Source: an uncultured Candidatus Saccharibacteria bacterium (GTDB taxonomy: Bacteria; Patescibacteriota; Saccharimonadia; Saccharimonadales; 2-12-FULL-41-12). Taken from it: a DNA stretch of 64,000 bases. The notes beneath the pieces were generated by a model. That model worked only from the letters and a program-made list of their open reading frames with translations, searched no databases and was not told where the DNA came from. The first letter of the stretch is position 1. Each line of letters begins with the position of its first letter. Shown here piece after piece: positions 19,965 to 30,386 of this stretch. A program made the translations under genes and the position numbers. The stretch covers positions 22,164-86,163 of the forward strand of contig CAZYMH010000003.1 in assembly GCA_964648105.1 (NCBI GenBank), in the 5' to 3' direction.

Positions 19965-20723
19965 ATGACAGATTTTAAGTGGCAGGTCCAAAAAAACGAA
20001 CCGCTATTTCCTGATATTTTATGGTCTCGGCCAGAGAATAAAAATGGAGCAGGCAAGATGTTGCTAGTCGGTGGATCATTAGATAATTTTGCCAATATTG
20101 CCCAAAATTACTCGCTCGCAGAACAAGCAGGAGTTGGTACCTGTTTTTTGCTCGTACCTCAGTCTTTGTATAAAGTAACAAAAAATATACCGTTTATTAA
20201 CTATGCTCCCGCCAATCGAAGTGGTAGTTTTGCCAGTAATGCACTCGCAGATATTCTCGAGCTTGCACGAGGTGTAGATGCAGTGTTTTTAGGAGGGGAT
20301 ATCGGCAAAAATAGCGAAACCAGCTTAATGCTCGAAAAATTTTTGATGAAATATACTTCATTTGTTGCGATTAGCCAAGACAGTCTACTTAGCATAAATA
20401 AGAGTTGGCGGAATTTATTAGCCCGAAATAACACTATAGTCGAAATCAACCTGCATAACTTACAAACTATCGCAATTGAATTGCAATTTGAAAAAGCCAT
20501 ACTTTCCGACTCACCGAATTCTTTAATCGCCAAAACATTACATAAAATCACATCTGATTATGAATCTATACTAGCCTTGCAGACCGACACAAATATCTGG
20601 TTCGCAAAAAGTGGACAAGTGATTGCTTGCAGCAAAAACAACTACAACTACGCCAAAGCAATTGTCTGGCTTATCCAACAACCCAACAAAGTGCTTGAAA
20701 GCCTCGCCTCATCTGTTATTTGA
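19965..20723 (+). CDS. Diverged ADP-dependent NAD(P)HX dehydratase (YjeF C-terminal/NnrD)-like protein
   Basis: RPENKNGAGKMLLVGGS, AGVG, DAVFLGGDIG; lacks TPHxGE and GxGD. Confidence 0.65.
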   Translation: MTDFKWQVQKNEPLFPDILWSRPENKNGAGKMLLVGGSLDNFANIAQNYSLAEQAGVGTCFLLVPQSLYKVTKNIPFINYAPANRSGSFASNALADILELARGVDAVFLGGDIGKNSETSLMLEKFLMKYTSFVAISQDSLLSINKSWRNLLARNNTIVEINLHNLQTIAIELQFEKAILSDSPNSLIAKTLHKITSDYESILALQTDTNIWFAKSGQVIACSKNNYNYAKAIVWLIQQPNKVLESLASSVI

Positions 20724-20742
20724 ATCTTAAAAAAATAATATT

Positions 20743-20830
20743 TGGTACCGTGGGCCGGACTTGAACCGGCACGAGCGTAATGCTCACAAGATTTTGAGTC
20801 TAGCGTGTCTACCAATTCCACCACCACGGC
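20743..20830 (-). tRNA. tRNA-Leu(CAA)
   Basis: Reverse complement GCCGTGG...TGGAATTGGTAGACA...CTAGA-CTCAAAA-TCTTG...GGTTCAAGTCC...CCACGGT-ACCA with long variable arm. Confidence 0.93.
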
Positions 20831-20894
20831 TCATAATTAAGCTTAACAAGGTTAGGCTTTATCTATCTAATTATACTATAATAGCTAAAAGTAT

Positions 20895-22136
20895 ATGAAT
20901 CCAAATGATTTAATTCCACCAGAGCTACTAAAATCTAGCGAAAAAGAGGCTCACGACGAAGCAGTTAATCTTATTCGGCACAAATTAAACGCCATTTATA
21001 GTCACGAACCGAATGCTAAAAAAGAAGCAAGCGAAGTAAGTGAGATGACTGCTCATCATGAAGCACTCTCTAAGCACCAGAGGTATATGAAACAATTGAC
21101 TGATTCGGGTAAAGATATGGCCGATATTCAAACAGCTTGGCATGAATACTACCAAAAATTAAACGATGAAGAAAAAAAGGAAGTCTGGCAAGAGTTTTAT
21201 GCCGAGCAAGCTCATAAAAAGCAACATCATCATTCACAAAAATCACCTGAGCCAACTGAAAATCCTGCAATCGAGAGTTCAAATTCAGTAAAGCCAACCC
21301 ATGGTCAGCCGACAATAACCAATCCTCATCGGCCACACACATCAACACGTCCGAGTAAGAATAATCTAGCCAATATCTCGAGAGTCATCCCTGATAAACA
21401 TCAACAAAAGCTCCATAAAATCAAGCAAAATCACCATGTCAAATCATTAGCCTTTGGCCTAAGTATGGGTTTGGTTGTAGTTTTTGTTTTGTTATTTAGT
21501 TTTTTTAATGAACGATTTATTGTGCCGTTTATTCGACCTAGTGCCACCGTAAGTGCTACGCCGATTATTGTTGACCCTAACTCTAGTGGTCCAGTTGGAG
21601 CGGAACCAAAAATCATTATACCCAAGATTAACCTAGAAGTACCTGTTATTTATGATGTACCGACCATCGAAGAAAAAGATGTTCAAGCAGGACTCGAAAA
21701 GGGCGTTGTTCACTACGTAACTACACCAAACCCCGGCGAAACAGGCAATGTAGTAATCTTCGGCCATTCTAGCGGTAATATCCTCAATAAAGGCAAATAC
21801 AAATTTGCTTTTATCCTTCTCAAAAGTCTCGAGAAAGACGATAACATCATTGTCCAAAAAAATGGTAAACGCTACGTTTACAAAGTCTACGACAAGCACG
21901 TAACCGACCCGACTGATTTTTCTGTCCTCAAGCCAGATGCTCAAAGAAACTCGATTTTGACATTAATTACCTGCGACCCACCTGGTACATCAACTCATCG
22001 GTTAATTGTTAACGCCGAGCAAATCTTCCCAGACCCTAGCACAAACGCCAAAAGCTCATTATCAGAGACTAACTTTGTCAAATCCGATAAACTACCCAGC
22101 AACTCTCCGTCGTTATGGCAACGTTTATTCAATTAA
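20895..22136 (+). CDS. Sortase with long N-terminal extension and TM anchor
   Basis: IIIPKINLEVP, GVVHY, PGETGNVVIFGHS, LTLITC, downstream R (catalytic His/Cys/Arg). Confidence 0.9.
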   Translation: MNPNDLIPPELLKSSEKEAHDEAVNLIRHKLNAIYSHEPNAKKEASEVSEMTAHHEALSKHQRYMKQLTDSGKDMADIQTAWHEYYQKLNDEEKKEVWQEFYAEQAHKKQHHHSQKSPEPTENPAIESSNSVKPTHGQPTITNPHRPHTSTRPSKNNLANISRVIPDKHQQKLHKIKQNHHVKSLAFGLSMGLVVVFVLLFSFFNERFIVPFIRPSATVSATPIIVDPNSSGPVGAEPKIIIPKINLEVPVIYDVPTIEEKDVQAGLEKGVVHYVTTPNPGETGNVVIFGHSSGNILNKGKYKFAFILLKSLEKDDNIIVQKNGKRYVYKVYDKHVTDPTDFSVLKPDAQRNSILTLITCDPPGTSTHRLIVNAEQIFPDPSTNAKSSLSETNFVKSDKLPSNSPSLWQRLFN

Positions 22137-23654
22137 TTATTTGTCACTATCAAGTCTAAGATCAGTGTAATTTAAGCTATAGCTACTCGGTGTTGTAGGC
22201 GTAGCTGGATTATTCGAAACCGTGTACATAACAGTATAATCTCGATCGAAATAAACGTGATCGGTGCTATCAGCACCTACCAGTGGTTGCTTATTATTGT
22301 TATCGAAATCAACAATTTTTAGCGTCCCATCTATAGTCGAATAAATAATTCTATGGCCATCCATCCATTTTGGCTTAAAGTTAGTTGGGTTAATCGAATC
22401 GCCAATATCAAATGCAAATGTTTCGATTTTTTCGGCATCAAAAACACCCAACTTTTGAGCATTACTAATCAAAATAAATCGACTGTTAGCCGAAAAATTA
22501 GGATTTGCTGAACTGTCAGCAAAACCAAGCGAGATGATTGGTTTAAGGCTGGCTAGGTCTGTTAAACTGGGTTGAGATTTTTGTGGATTTTCATATATAA
22601 AAGTTTTATCATCGCCACTACTCGATACTGCCAAATACCAATTATTATCAAACTCTGTAATTTTCAGGCCAATCACACCTGATTTAAACTTTCCGACTAA
22701 TTTTTCTTCGTTATTTTTGCGAATAAATACTTTTTGTTCGGTGTCTGAACTTTTTTGGGCATAGACTAATGTGTCGTCACCGTGGGAAGTATAACTAGTA
22801 ATTTGATTCTTGATTACCACAGTTTCTTTTTTGCGATTGGTTTGGGTCAAATTTAAGTCTTTATCAGAGTAAAAATACCATTTTGCTGGGTCTTTATCTT
22901 TTAAGTTAACTTTGGATGGACTAAGACCAGAGAGGTCATTTAAATTTATAGATTCTGTCGGCTGTTCGCGGTTGATAATAATAAATTCATGACCACTACC
23001 ATAAACATGTTTGACTAAGAAATTTTTGTTATCTGTCGACCATTCGACTACCTCAAAGCTTTCAGCTCCATCGGCAGGTTTAAGAATATTTGGCAAAGTC
23101 AACTTAGTGTTTTTTGGTATTTTTTGATTTTTATCGATTGATTTTAAATCGAAAACATTAACTACAAATGGTGTAACTGTTTCGGCTTTGACAATCCATC
23201 GCCGATCAGGGCTTGAGGTTACAAACACTGGTGAAGTAGGACCAAAATCAGCAATCTTTGTTTGCTTTAAGTCTTTCATAATAAGTAAAGGGTAAGTAAG
23301 TCGGTAAACTGTTCCGCCAAGAATATTCATCTTACGATTCCAATCTCGATAGCCATTTTTAGAGATTTTTACATTATATTCGCCATCTGGCACTGTTAAT
23401 TTAGTGTTGGTTTGATCGGATAAATTAAAATTAGAATTGACATTTTTCAGCTCAACCTTCGCCTTATCTGGGGCGCTATCGACATATAACAAACCATTAT
23501 GAACAACTTCTCCAGTTTTGCGGTCAAGGTTAAAACCATAGGCGGCATAGACTAAAATACTCGCGATCATAAAAATCATTGTTGCTACCAATCCGTAACC
23601 GAGTAATAACCTTCTGGTGCGACGTTTTTTATATTCTGGGTCTAAAAAATCCAT
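22137..23654 (-). CDS. PEGA-domain membrane-anchored protein with beta-propeller-like C-terminus
   Basis: TM then GLLYVDSAPDKAKV...PDGEYNVKISKNGYRDW (PEGA); SPD, WSTD, FSAN, WMDG blade-like repeats. Confidence 0.75.
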   Translation of the reverse strand: MDFLDPEYKKRRTRRLLLGYGLVATMIFMIASILVYAAYGFNLDRKTGEVVHNGLLYVDSAPDKAKVELKNVNSNFNLSDQTNTKLTVPDGEYNVKISKNGYRDWNRKMNILGGTVYRLTYPLLIMKDLKQTKIADFGPTSPVFVTSSPDRRWIVKAETVTPFVVNVFDLKSIDKNQKIPKNTKLTLPNILKPADGAESFEVVEWSTDNKNFLVKHVYGSGHEFIIINREQPTESINLNDLSGLSPSKVNLKDKDPAKWYFYSDKDLNLTQTNRKKETVVIKNQITSYTSHGDDTLVYAQKSSDTEQKVFIRKNNEEKLVGKFKSGVIGLKITEFDNNWYLAVSSSGDDKTFIYENPQKSQPSLTDLASLKPIISLGFADSSANPNFSANSRFILISNAQKLGVFDAEKIETFAFDIGDSINPTNFKPKWMDGHRIIYSTIDGTLKIVDFDNNNKQPLVGADSTDHVYFDRDYTVMYTVSNNPATPTTPSSYSLNYTDLRLDSDK

Positions 23655-23809
23655 ATTTACATATTACTATTTTTTTTGATTATGTGACAAAAGATACTAT
23701 CTCAGTATAAAATCTATTTAATAGCTAGTTAAAAAATTTTGAATTTTTTTATAGTAAGAGTTAATATATAAGCATTAGTATTAAAACCGAAAAATAAAAG
23801 GAATAACCC

Positions 23810-24898
23810 TTGGCAAATTCACCTACTACAATTGAACTTAACGGCGTCAAATATGATGTTAGAACAGGACAGATTATAACAGGCAATACTTCTTTAGAAC
23901 CTGAACAAGTTAAGGCAAGGCCAGCTTTAAAGACTTCGAACGCTCAAGTGTTAGACGGCTTTGTGCGGCAGCCTCAATCTCACTCAAGCAAAGTCGCCAC
24001 CCACCACAAAGCCAAATCTGAGCGAAAAACCAATCTTAATCATGCTCAACGTAAATTGGCCAAGTCGACTACATTAATGCGTCCAGCCCTAAAAAAACCA
24101 ACTCTCAAAAACGATATTGAAGTATCCAAAAAATCAGCTCATATTATTGGCTTGGGTAACTCGTTAAGCCGTCAAAAACGAGCTTTTGAAGCTCATAAAA
24201 GCCCAAATATTAGTAAGTTTGGAGGAGTGAGTGCTTCATTGAATATCGTCAAAAAACAACAACATGTCGAGGTTATTAAGCCTACACACTCCAGTCAAAA
24301 CATTGTCAAGCAGACTAGCGGTTTTGTAAATAATGAGCTTCAACAGATCGAGAACGCACTCTTGAATGCTAATTCACACCTACAGCAGCTTGAGAATTCA
24401 GCAATCAAGAAAGTCCCTTTGCTCAACCGAATTGGACTCAAAAACAGGTTCGCTAATGTCTCGGCTATGAGTTTAGCATTAGTATTATTAATTGGTTTTT
24501 TTGCTTACCAAAATACAGCAATTATTTCGATGAAATTAGCATCTTCCAAATCAGGTATTTCGGCCAATCTACCTACCTATAAACCAGCAGGTTACTCTGT
24601 AAAAAATATTCAGTCTAGCCCTGGGAGCGTTAATGTTGCTTTCAAATCTAATAGCAATGGCAATGAGTTTCAGTTAACTCAAACGGCTAGCAACTGGAAT
24701 AGTTCAACACTTCTATCAGACCAAGTCTTGAAAGAGCAATGTGCTAGTTGTTACCAGACTTATCAATCTGATGGCAAGACAATCTATATCTACGACAATG
24801 CCAACGCCACATGGGTCAACGGTGGAATAATCTACAAAATCGGTGGTAACAGCCAATTATCGAGCGACCAGATTATCAAACTTGCTAACAGCTTATAA
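23810..24898 (+). CDS. Single-TM protein with basic N-terminus and DUF4367-like C-terminal domain
   Basis: TM about residues 218-236; LPTYKPAGY...ATWVNGGIIYKIGG...LSSDQIIKLANSL; TTG start with AAAGGA. Confidence 0.6.
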   Translation: MANSPTTIELNGVKYDVRTGQIITGNTSLEPEQVKARPALKTSNAQVLDGFVRQPQSHSSKVATHHKAKSERKTNLNHAQRKLAKSTTLMRPALKKPTLKNDIEVSKKSAHIIGLGNSLSRQKRAFEAHKSPNISKFGGVSASLNIVKKQQHVEVIKPTHSSQNIVKQTSGFVNNELQQIENALLNANSHLQQLENSAIKKVPLLNRIGLKNRFANVSAMSLALVLLIGFFAYQNTAIISMKLASSKSGISANLPTYKPAGYSVKNIQSSPGSVNVAFKSNSNGNEFQLTQTASNWNSSTLLSDQVLKEQCASCYQTYQSDGKTIYIYDNANATWVNGGIIYKIGGNSQLSSDQIIKLANSL

Positions 24899-24940
24899 AT
24901 ATTAATTAGTTTTTAGTGACGATTTGTTATTATAAGATGA

Positions 24941-26413
24941 ATGACTGATCAAAATATTCGTACACGTTTCGCACCTAGCCCGACAGGTTATATGCATGTT
25001 GGCGGCGTAAGAACAGCTCTTTTTGCTTGGCTATTAGCTCGCCAAAATGGTGGAAAATTTATTCTGAGGATCGAAGATACAGATCAGAATCGAGAAGTCG
25101 AGGGTAGTGTTGCTCATATTATTGAAAGTTTAGGTTGGCTAGGGCTTGACTACGATGAGGGTCCAGATATAAGCGGCCAAAAAAATCAATATTTTCAGTC
25201 TGAGCGTCTGAAAATTTATCATGATTTTGCCAAACAACTATTAAATAGTGGCAGAGCTTATATTGACCCTTATTCTTCAGAGGAGATTCAAATTTTTCGT
25301 GAGCAAGCCCAAAAAAGCAAAAAGCCATTTCTTTTTCGTAATCATCGGCCAGAAGTACTGGAAACAACTTTTACACCAGGTAAATCGATTAGATTTTTGT
25401 CTCAACCCAAAGGCTATCAGTGGCATGACGAGGTAATGGGCGACATGATAGCAGGTGAAGAGGTAGTTGATGATTTTGTTCTTCTGAAATCTGATGGCTT
25501 TCCAACTTATAATTTTGCTCATATTATTGACGATTTGGACATGAAAATAAGTCATATTATCAGAGGTCAAGAGTTTTTGGCTAGCACTCCTAATTATCTG
25601 AATTTATATGAAGCCTTAAATATCACACCACCAATTATTGCTTCAGTACCACCAATTATGAACGAAAATGGTAACAAAAAATTATCGAAACGCGATGGAG
25701 CAAAAGATATACTGCAATATCGGGAGGAAGGCTATTTACCAGAAGCTTTTATCAATTTTTTGGCTAGTTTGGGTTGGAACGATGGTAGCCAGCAAGAAAT
25801 TTTTACGCTTACCGAACTAATCGAAAAATTTAGTTTAAATCGGATTCAAAAATCTGGTGCTAAATTCGATGAAAAACGTTTAATTTGGCTGCAAGGCATG
25901 CACATAAGACAGATGGAGTTAGAGAAGTTATACCAACTGGTTTCGCCGTTTGATGATAATCCTAATAATCCTCATTTTTGGCCTAAATCAGCTTATAACG
26001 ACAACTTCGATAAAGATTATCGCATGAATGTACTTAGATTAATTCAAGAGCGGCTAAAAACTTTTGATGAACTAGCTGATTTAAGTCAGTTTTTCTTCGA
26101 GGATTTAGAGATTAATCCTGAATTAACAGAGTCGCACAAGCAACTTAAAAAACTCGATAATCAGGAGTTAAAACAACTTTTGCAAACTTCACACGATCAA
26201 CTCAAGCAAATCTCGGTTTGGTCAACCGAAAATATCCAAGACAATTTGAACCAACTGATACAATTAACAGGTAAAAAGCCTGTTGAATTATTTAGCCTAA
26301 TTCGGATTGCCACCACCGAAAGTCCTGCAAGTCCTGGATTAGCCGACACATTACAACTGTTAGGCCAAGATTTAACCTGTTCGCGTATCCAAAAACATAT
26401 CGACAGTTTGTAG
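24941..26413 (+). CDS. gltX: Glutamate--tRNA ligase
   Basis: RTRFAPSPTGYMHVGG (HIGH), LRIEDTD, PTYNFA, KKLSKR (KMSKS). Confidence 0.97.
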   Translation: MTDQNIRTRFAPSPTGYMHVGGVRTALFAWLLARQNGGKFILRIEDTDQNREVEGSVAHIIESLGWLGLDYDEGPDISGQKNQYFQSERLKIYHDFAKQLLNSGRAYIDPYSSEEIQIFREQAQKSKKPFLFRNHRPEVLETTFTPGKSIRFLSQPKGYQWHDEVMGDMIAGEEVVDDFVLLKSDGFPTYNFAHIIDDLDMKISHIIRGQEFLASTPNYLNLYEALNITPPIIASVPPIMNENGNKKLSKRDGAKDILQYREEGYLPEAFINFLASLGWNDGSQQEIFTLTELIEKFSLNRIQKSGAKFDEKRLIWLQGMHIRQMELEKLYQLVSPFDDNPNNPHFWPKSAYNDNFDKDYRMNVLRLIQERLKTFDELADLSQFFFEDLEINPELTESHKQLKKLDNQELKQLLQTSHDQLKQISVWSTENIQDNLNQLIQLTGKKPVELFSLIRIATTESPASPGLADTLQLLGQDLTCSRIQKHIDSL

Positions 26414-26460
26414 ACTTTTGTTGATAAGTAGTCCAAAAATTTGTTAAACTAAGCATAACC

Positions 26461-27780
26461 ATGAATGACATAAAACCTAATACTCCTGATAAGAGTGTAA
26501 AAAAATTTAGCGACATCAGTAATGAGCCTGGGGTTTTTGACCCTAATAAATCATTCGACGAACAAGCCTCACCCGTTGCAAATGAACCCGAAACAAATGA
26601 TACGCCAATCGTAATCGATAATAATCAAAATTTTGCAAAATCACCAAGCGAGGAGCCCAAAAAAATGGATTTTACGCCACCCCAAAACCAAAAACAATCA
26701 AGAAATCCGTTCAAACCATTATTTGCTAAGTTTGAGGCTTTGAGCAAAAAACAAAAAATTATTGTTTTGATAGTAGCTTTATTAATTTTAGCAGCGATTT
26801 TGTACGGCGTTTATGCTGTTTTCCTCAAAAAAGACAAACCTGCCCCTGTTAGTCAGCAACCAGTCGCCGAAAAGAAAGTCGAAGCTCCCAAACCGACTAC
26901 CGAAGCATCGACCTTGACAGGCATTCAGGTGCCAATTGGCTCCAATAAGCGGCCAATAACTTCGATTCAAATCGAAAATAGCCCAGATGCTCGACCCCAG
27001 TCAGGACTTTTGCAAGCTGGTGTGGTATTTGAGGCCATCGCCGAAGGTGGAATTACCAGATTCAATGCTTCATTCCAAGAAGCTCAGCCAGATTACATTG
27101 GTCCGATTAGATCCGTTAGACCATATTACGCACAATTAGTAGCCCCATTTGACCCGATTTTTGTCCATGCAGGTGGTAGCGGCGACGGACTTGCCAAATT
27201 GGCGGAATTAGGCTTGAAAGACCTCGATCATGGAGCTAACGGTGCCGCTTTCAAGCGAGTGTCTGATCGCTACGCCCCACACAATTTGTACAGTAGTATG
27301 GCCGACTTAGATAAAGCTGCTCAAGGCAGGGGATATACATCGTCAAATGCCAAAGGCTTCCTACGAAAAGACGAAGTAAAAAACCAGCCACCAACCATCA
27401 CCAGTATCGCTATGAACATCTCAGGACCGCTATACAACACGAGTTACACTTATGATGCGGCAACAAACACCTACAAACGTACTTTGGCTGATCGACCACA
27501 CACCGATTATCGCTCTGGCGAACAAATTTCGCCTAAAGTAGTGGTGGCGATGGTCGCTCCTTGGTCACAAAATGGGATTTACTCAGTTTATGGAATAATT
27601 GGCAGTGGAGAAGTAACTATCTTTCAAGATGGCCAAATGACTAAAGGCACGTGGAATAAACCAAGCGAAAAAGAGCAAATTAGCTTCAAAGACGCAACTG
27701 GCAAGCCAATTGCTCTTGATGCAGGTCAAACCTGGATTACTTTACTCCGTTCACCTGGTGAATTAACAGCTAATCCTTAA
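26461..27780 (+). CDS. DUF3048 (YerB-like) membrane-anchored protein
   Basis: IENSPDARPQSGL, EGGITRF, GPIRSVRPY, HAGGS, APHNLY, GQTWI. Confidence 0.85.
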   Translation: MNDIKPNTPDKSVKKFSDISNEPGVFDPNKSFDEQASPVANEPETNDTPIVIDNNQNFAKSPSEEPKKMDFTPPQNQKQSRNPFKPLFAKFEALSKKQKIIVLIVALLILAAILYGVYAVFLKKDKPAPVSQQPVAEKKVEAPKPTTEASTLTGIQVPIGSNKRPITSIQIENSPDARPQSGLLQAGVVFEAIAEGGITRFNASFQEAQPDYIGPIRSVRPYYAQLVAPFDPIFVHAGGSGDGLAKLAELGLKDLDHGANGAAFKRVSDRYAPHNLYSSMADLDKAAQGRGYTSSNAKGFLRKDEVKNQPPTITSIAMNISGPLYNTSYTYDAATNTYKRTLADRPHTDYRSGEQISPKVVVAMVAPWSQNGIYSVYGIIGSGEVTIFQDGQMTKGTWNKPSEKEQISFKDATGKPIALDAGQTWITLLRSPGELTANP

Positions 27781-27790
27781 AAATCAAAAA

Positions 27791-29320
27791 ATGAGCGGTG
27801 GATACCTAGAAAAATTCAAAAAAAATTTCGGTGTTATATTATTTTTTGGTATTTTTCTATCAAGTCTGGTCATAGCATTTGCTGCTTACAGCTTATTTTT
27901 CTATACAAAATTAGGCTCAAATTTAATCTTAATATCGCTTGTTGCAGTTGCAATTTTAGTAAGTCTTGTGTCGAGTTTACTGCTCAAGGGTATTTTAGCT
28001 AAACCATTAGAGTACCTTGCTCAAACAATTTTTCACATTTCGCCTAACGAGCATTTTGTGGCTGCTCCAGATGCCAATAAACTAAGCCTAGGCAAAGAAT
28101 TGGCAATCAGTTTAACTCGTCAAATTTACGATTTAACTACCAACGGAAATTCAATAGTCCAATCTAACATAAATCAAAATGTCTCATTACAATCAGTTTT
28201 AGATAACTTAACCACTCCTATTTTAGGTCTCGATAAATCAAAAAATTTGGTTTATGCCAATAAAAATGCAATTGATAAGTTTAATTTATTGAACTGGCAA
28301 AATACACCTGTAATGGCTCATCTCAATATGAAATTCGATAAAAAAGACCTAGATGATTGGCTAAATGAATCTTCTGGCCAGAGTATTAACTCTTCTTATT
28401 CGTTCAAAAAGGTTAGTTTAGGTGGAATTAATAGTGAGTCTAAAAGTTACTTTGATATTATTGCTTCTCACAACCAATCAAGTGCCAGTGGCATAGAAAC
28501 ACTACTGACATTATTCGAACATTCCGAGATATACGAAGCCGAAGAAAATACCCTGAACTTTATTGCCATGACGGTCCACGAGATTCGGACACCGCTAACA
28601 ATTATGAGAGGTTACGTAGAGGTTATTAAGCAAGAACTCGATGGTAAAGTCGATGATAAAACCCAAGTTTATATCGATCGGCTAAAAGCTTCTAGCGAAG
28701 GTTTGTCGACGTTTATGGCCAATATTCTTAGTGTTGCCAAAGCTGATCAAAACCAGTTAAATCTTAATCTCACCGAAGGGAATTGGGAAACATCATTAAC
28801 CTCAATTGTAAAAAATTTGCAAAATCGAGCGACTGTTCGCGGCAAAATTATTCATCTTAATATTGCTCCTAATTTACCAACTGTGGCCAGTGATATGGTC
28901 AGCTTAAACGAAGTGGTGGCTAACTTAGTCGATAACGCTATCAAGTATTCGCCGCCTGATAAAACCAACATTTGGATTGAGTCCAGTGTAGATACGGATG
29001 ACTCAGTTCTGACAACTGTTCGCGACGAGGGAATTGGTATTGCCCAAACCGTTATACCGAATTTATTTAGTCGATTTTATCGCAATCATCGTAGTCGTAA
29101 CCAAGTTTCTGGTACAGGCCTAGGTTTGTATATATCTAAAGAGATTGTCTCGGCTCATCATGGTAATATTTGGGTAAAATCAATCGAAAATCAAGGTACG
29201 ACAATTGGCTTTACATTAGTTCCATATGCCAAACTTGCCGATAGTCTGCAAACAAGCGATAATGGATTTGTGCCTGTCGCTCATGGCTGGATTAAAAATC
29301 ATAATATGCAGAGAAGATAA
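27791..29320 (+). CDS. Membrane sensor histidine kinase (2 TM, PAS-like, HisKA, HATPase_c)
   Basis: VHEIRTPL, NLVDNAIKYS, DEGIGI, FYR, GTGLGL. Confidence 0.92.
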   Translation: MSGGYLEKFKKNFGVILFFGIFLSSLVIAFAAYSLFFYTKLGSNLILISLVAVAILVSLVSSLLLKGILAKPLEYLAQTIFHISPNEHFVAAPDANKLSLGKELAISLTRQIYDLTTNGNSIVQSNINQNVSLQSVLDNLTTPILGLDKSKNLVYANKNAIDKFNLLNWQNTPVMAHLNMKFDKKDLDDWLNESSGQSINSSYSFKKVSLGGINSESKSYFDIIASHNQSSASGIETLLTLFEHSEIYEAEENTLNFIAMTVHEIRTPLTIMRGYVEVIKQELDGKVDDKTQVYIDRLKASSEGLSTFMANILSVAKADQNQLNLNLTEGNWETSLTSIVKNLQNRATVRGKIIHLNIAPNLPTVASDMVSLNEVVANLVDNAIKYSPPDKTNIWIESSVDTDDSVLTTVRDEGIGIAQTVIPNLFSRFYRNHRSRNQVSGTGLGLYISKEIVSAHHGNIWVKSIENQGTTIGFTLVPYAKLADSLQTSDNGFVPVAHGWIKNHNMQRR

Positions 29321-29321
29321 A

Positions 29322-29732
29322 ATGGAAGAAAACGTATCTAATCAATCACACAAAAGTAATCTAGGTCCAAATCAAAAAAGTATTTTGTGTATTGAAGATG
29401 AGTTATTTATCGGCGATTTATATCGGCATGCTTTCGAGAAAGCTGGCTATAAGTTTGATCTAGTTGTTAGCGGCGATAATGGCCTCGACATGGCCAAGCA
29501 AAATAACTACGATTTTATCTTGTTAGATATTGTTATACCTGGCATGTTGGGGGTAGAAATCCTGCATGAACTTCGTAAATTGCCAGATCTTAGTAGCAAA
29601 GTTATTATCACTACTAATCTAGAACAAGACCAAGAAACTCGCAGTATGGTCGAAAAAGAAGCCGATGCTTACCTTATCAAAGCCGAAATTACACCTAATC
29701 AGCTCGTAGAATTTATTGATAATTTCAATTAA
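29322..29732 (+). CDS. Single-domain response regulator
   Basis: ILCIEDE, DFILLDIVIPG, TN, YLIK; start re-placed to the ATG 1 nt after the kinase stop. Confidence 0.88.
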   Translation: MEENVSNQSHKSNLGPNQKSILCIEDELFIGDLYRHAFEKAGYKFDLVVSGDNGLDMAKQNNYDFILLDIVIPGMLGVEILHELRKLPDLSSKVIITTNLEQDQETRSMVEKEADAYLIKAEITPNQLVEFIDNFN

Positions 29733-30082
29733 TTTTTGTCTAAATAGTGGATTAGTTGGCCAACTGTCGAGACACCTTCGTGATCAAAGAAATTCTGAAT
29801 ATGAGACGTGTCGCTTAACTCTGCTTTGGCTTCCTCGACGCTATAATCACTTCTTAGTGCCATAAAAATTCTTAGTGAGGCATAACTGGCAGTTGGACTA
29901 GGTTTTTCACCGTTAGTACTCAATGCATCAGATATACTTAAGCCCAAATTTAAGTGATTTACGCTTGATCCAGTCCGTTCAGTATAGCCAGCTGGATCTT
30001 GAACAAAATTACCATATCGGACATGTTTTTCACGACCATCAGAATATCTAATATAGACATTTAATTTTTCTCTCGAACTCAT
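29729..30082 (-). CDS. Hypothetical protein
   Basis: 117-aa ORF preceded by TATAAT 9 nt upstream of ATG. Confidence 0.55.
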   Translation of the reverse strand: MSSREKLNVYIRYSDGREKHVRYGNFVQDPAGYTERTGSSVNHLNLGLSISDALSTNGEKPSPTASYASLRIFMALRSDYSVEEAKAELSDTSHIQNFFDHEGVSTVGQLIHYLDKN

Positions 30083-30280
30083 CGAACAAATATTATAGAA
30101 GAACTCCTGTCAAATAGCAAGTAAATTGTACGACAAAATTCGCTCCCGCTGGGATTCATGGTTTCGTCGAGGGAATCGACTCACGTTTCACGCGAGCCCG
30201 TCGCCACATCTTTGCAAAACCAGTTTGCAAGAGTGTACTCCCTTGCGAACTGCCACTGGCAGTTCTCACCCGATAGCAAG

Positions 30281-30386
30281 CCTTGCAATCGGTGTTCGAT
30301 TCAGTAAAATAAACCAAGAAAAGAGTCCCAAAAATGGGACTCTTTTCTTGGTGATCTCACGGGGAATCGAACCCCGATTGCAAGGA
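30281..30386. repeat. Long imperfect inverted repeat: tRNA-Glu 3' half, terminator hairpin, antisense copy of the tRNA 3' half
   Basis: ACCAAGAAAAGAGTCCCA/TGGGACTCTTTTCTTGGT core; CCTTGCAATCGGTGTTCGATTC at 30281-30302 matches the tRNA sequence CCTTGCAATCGGGGTTCGATTC on the opposite strand. Confidence 0.8.
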
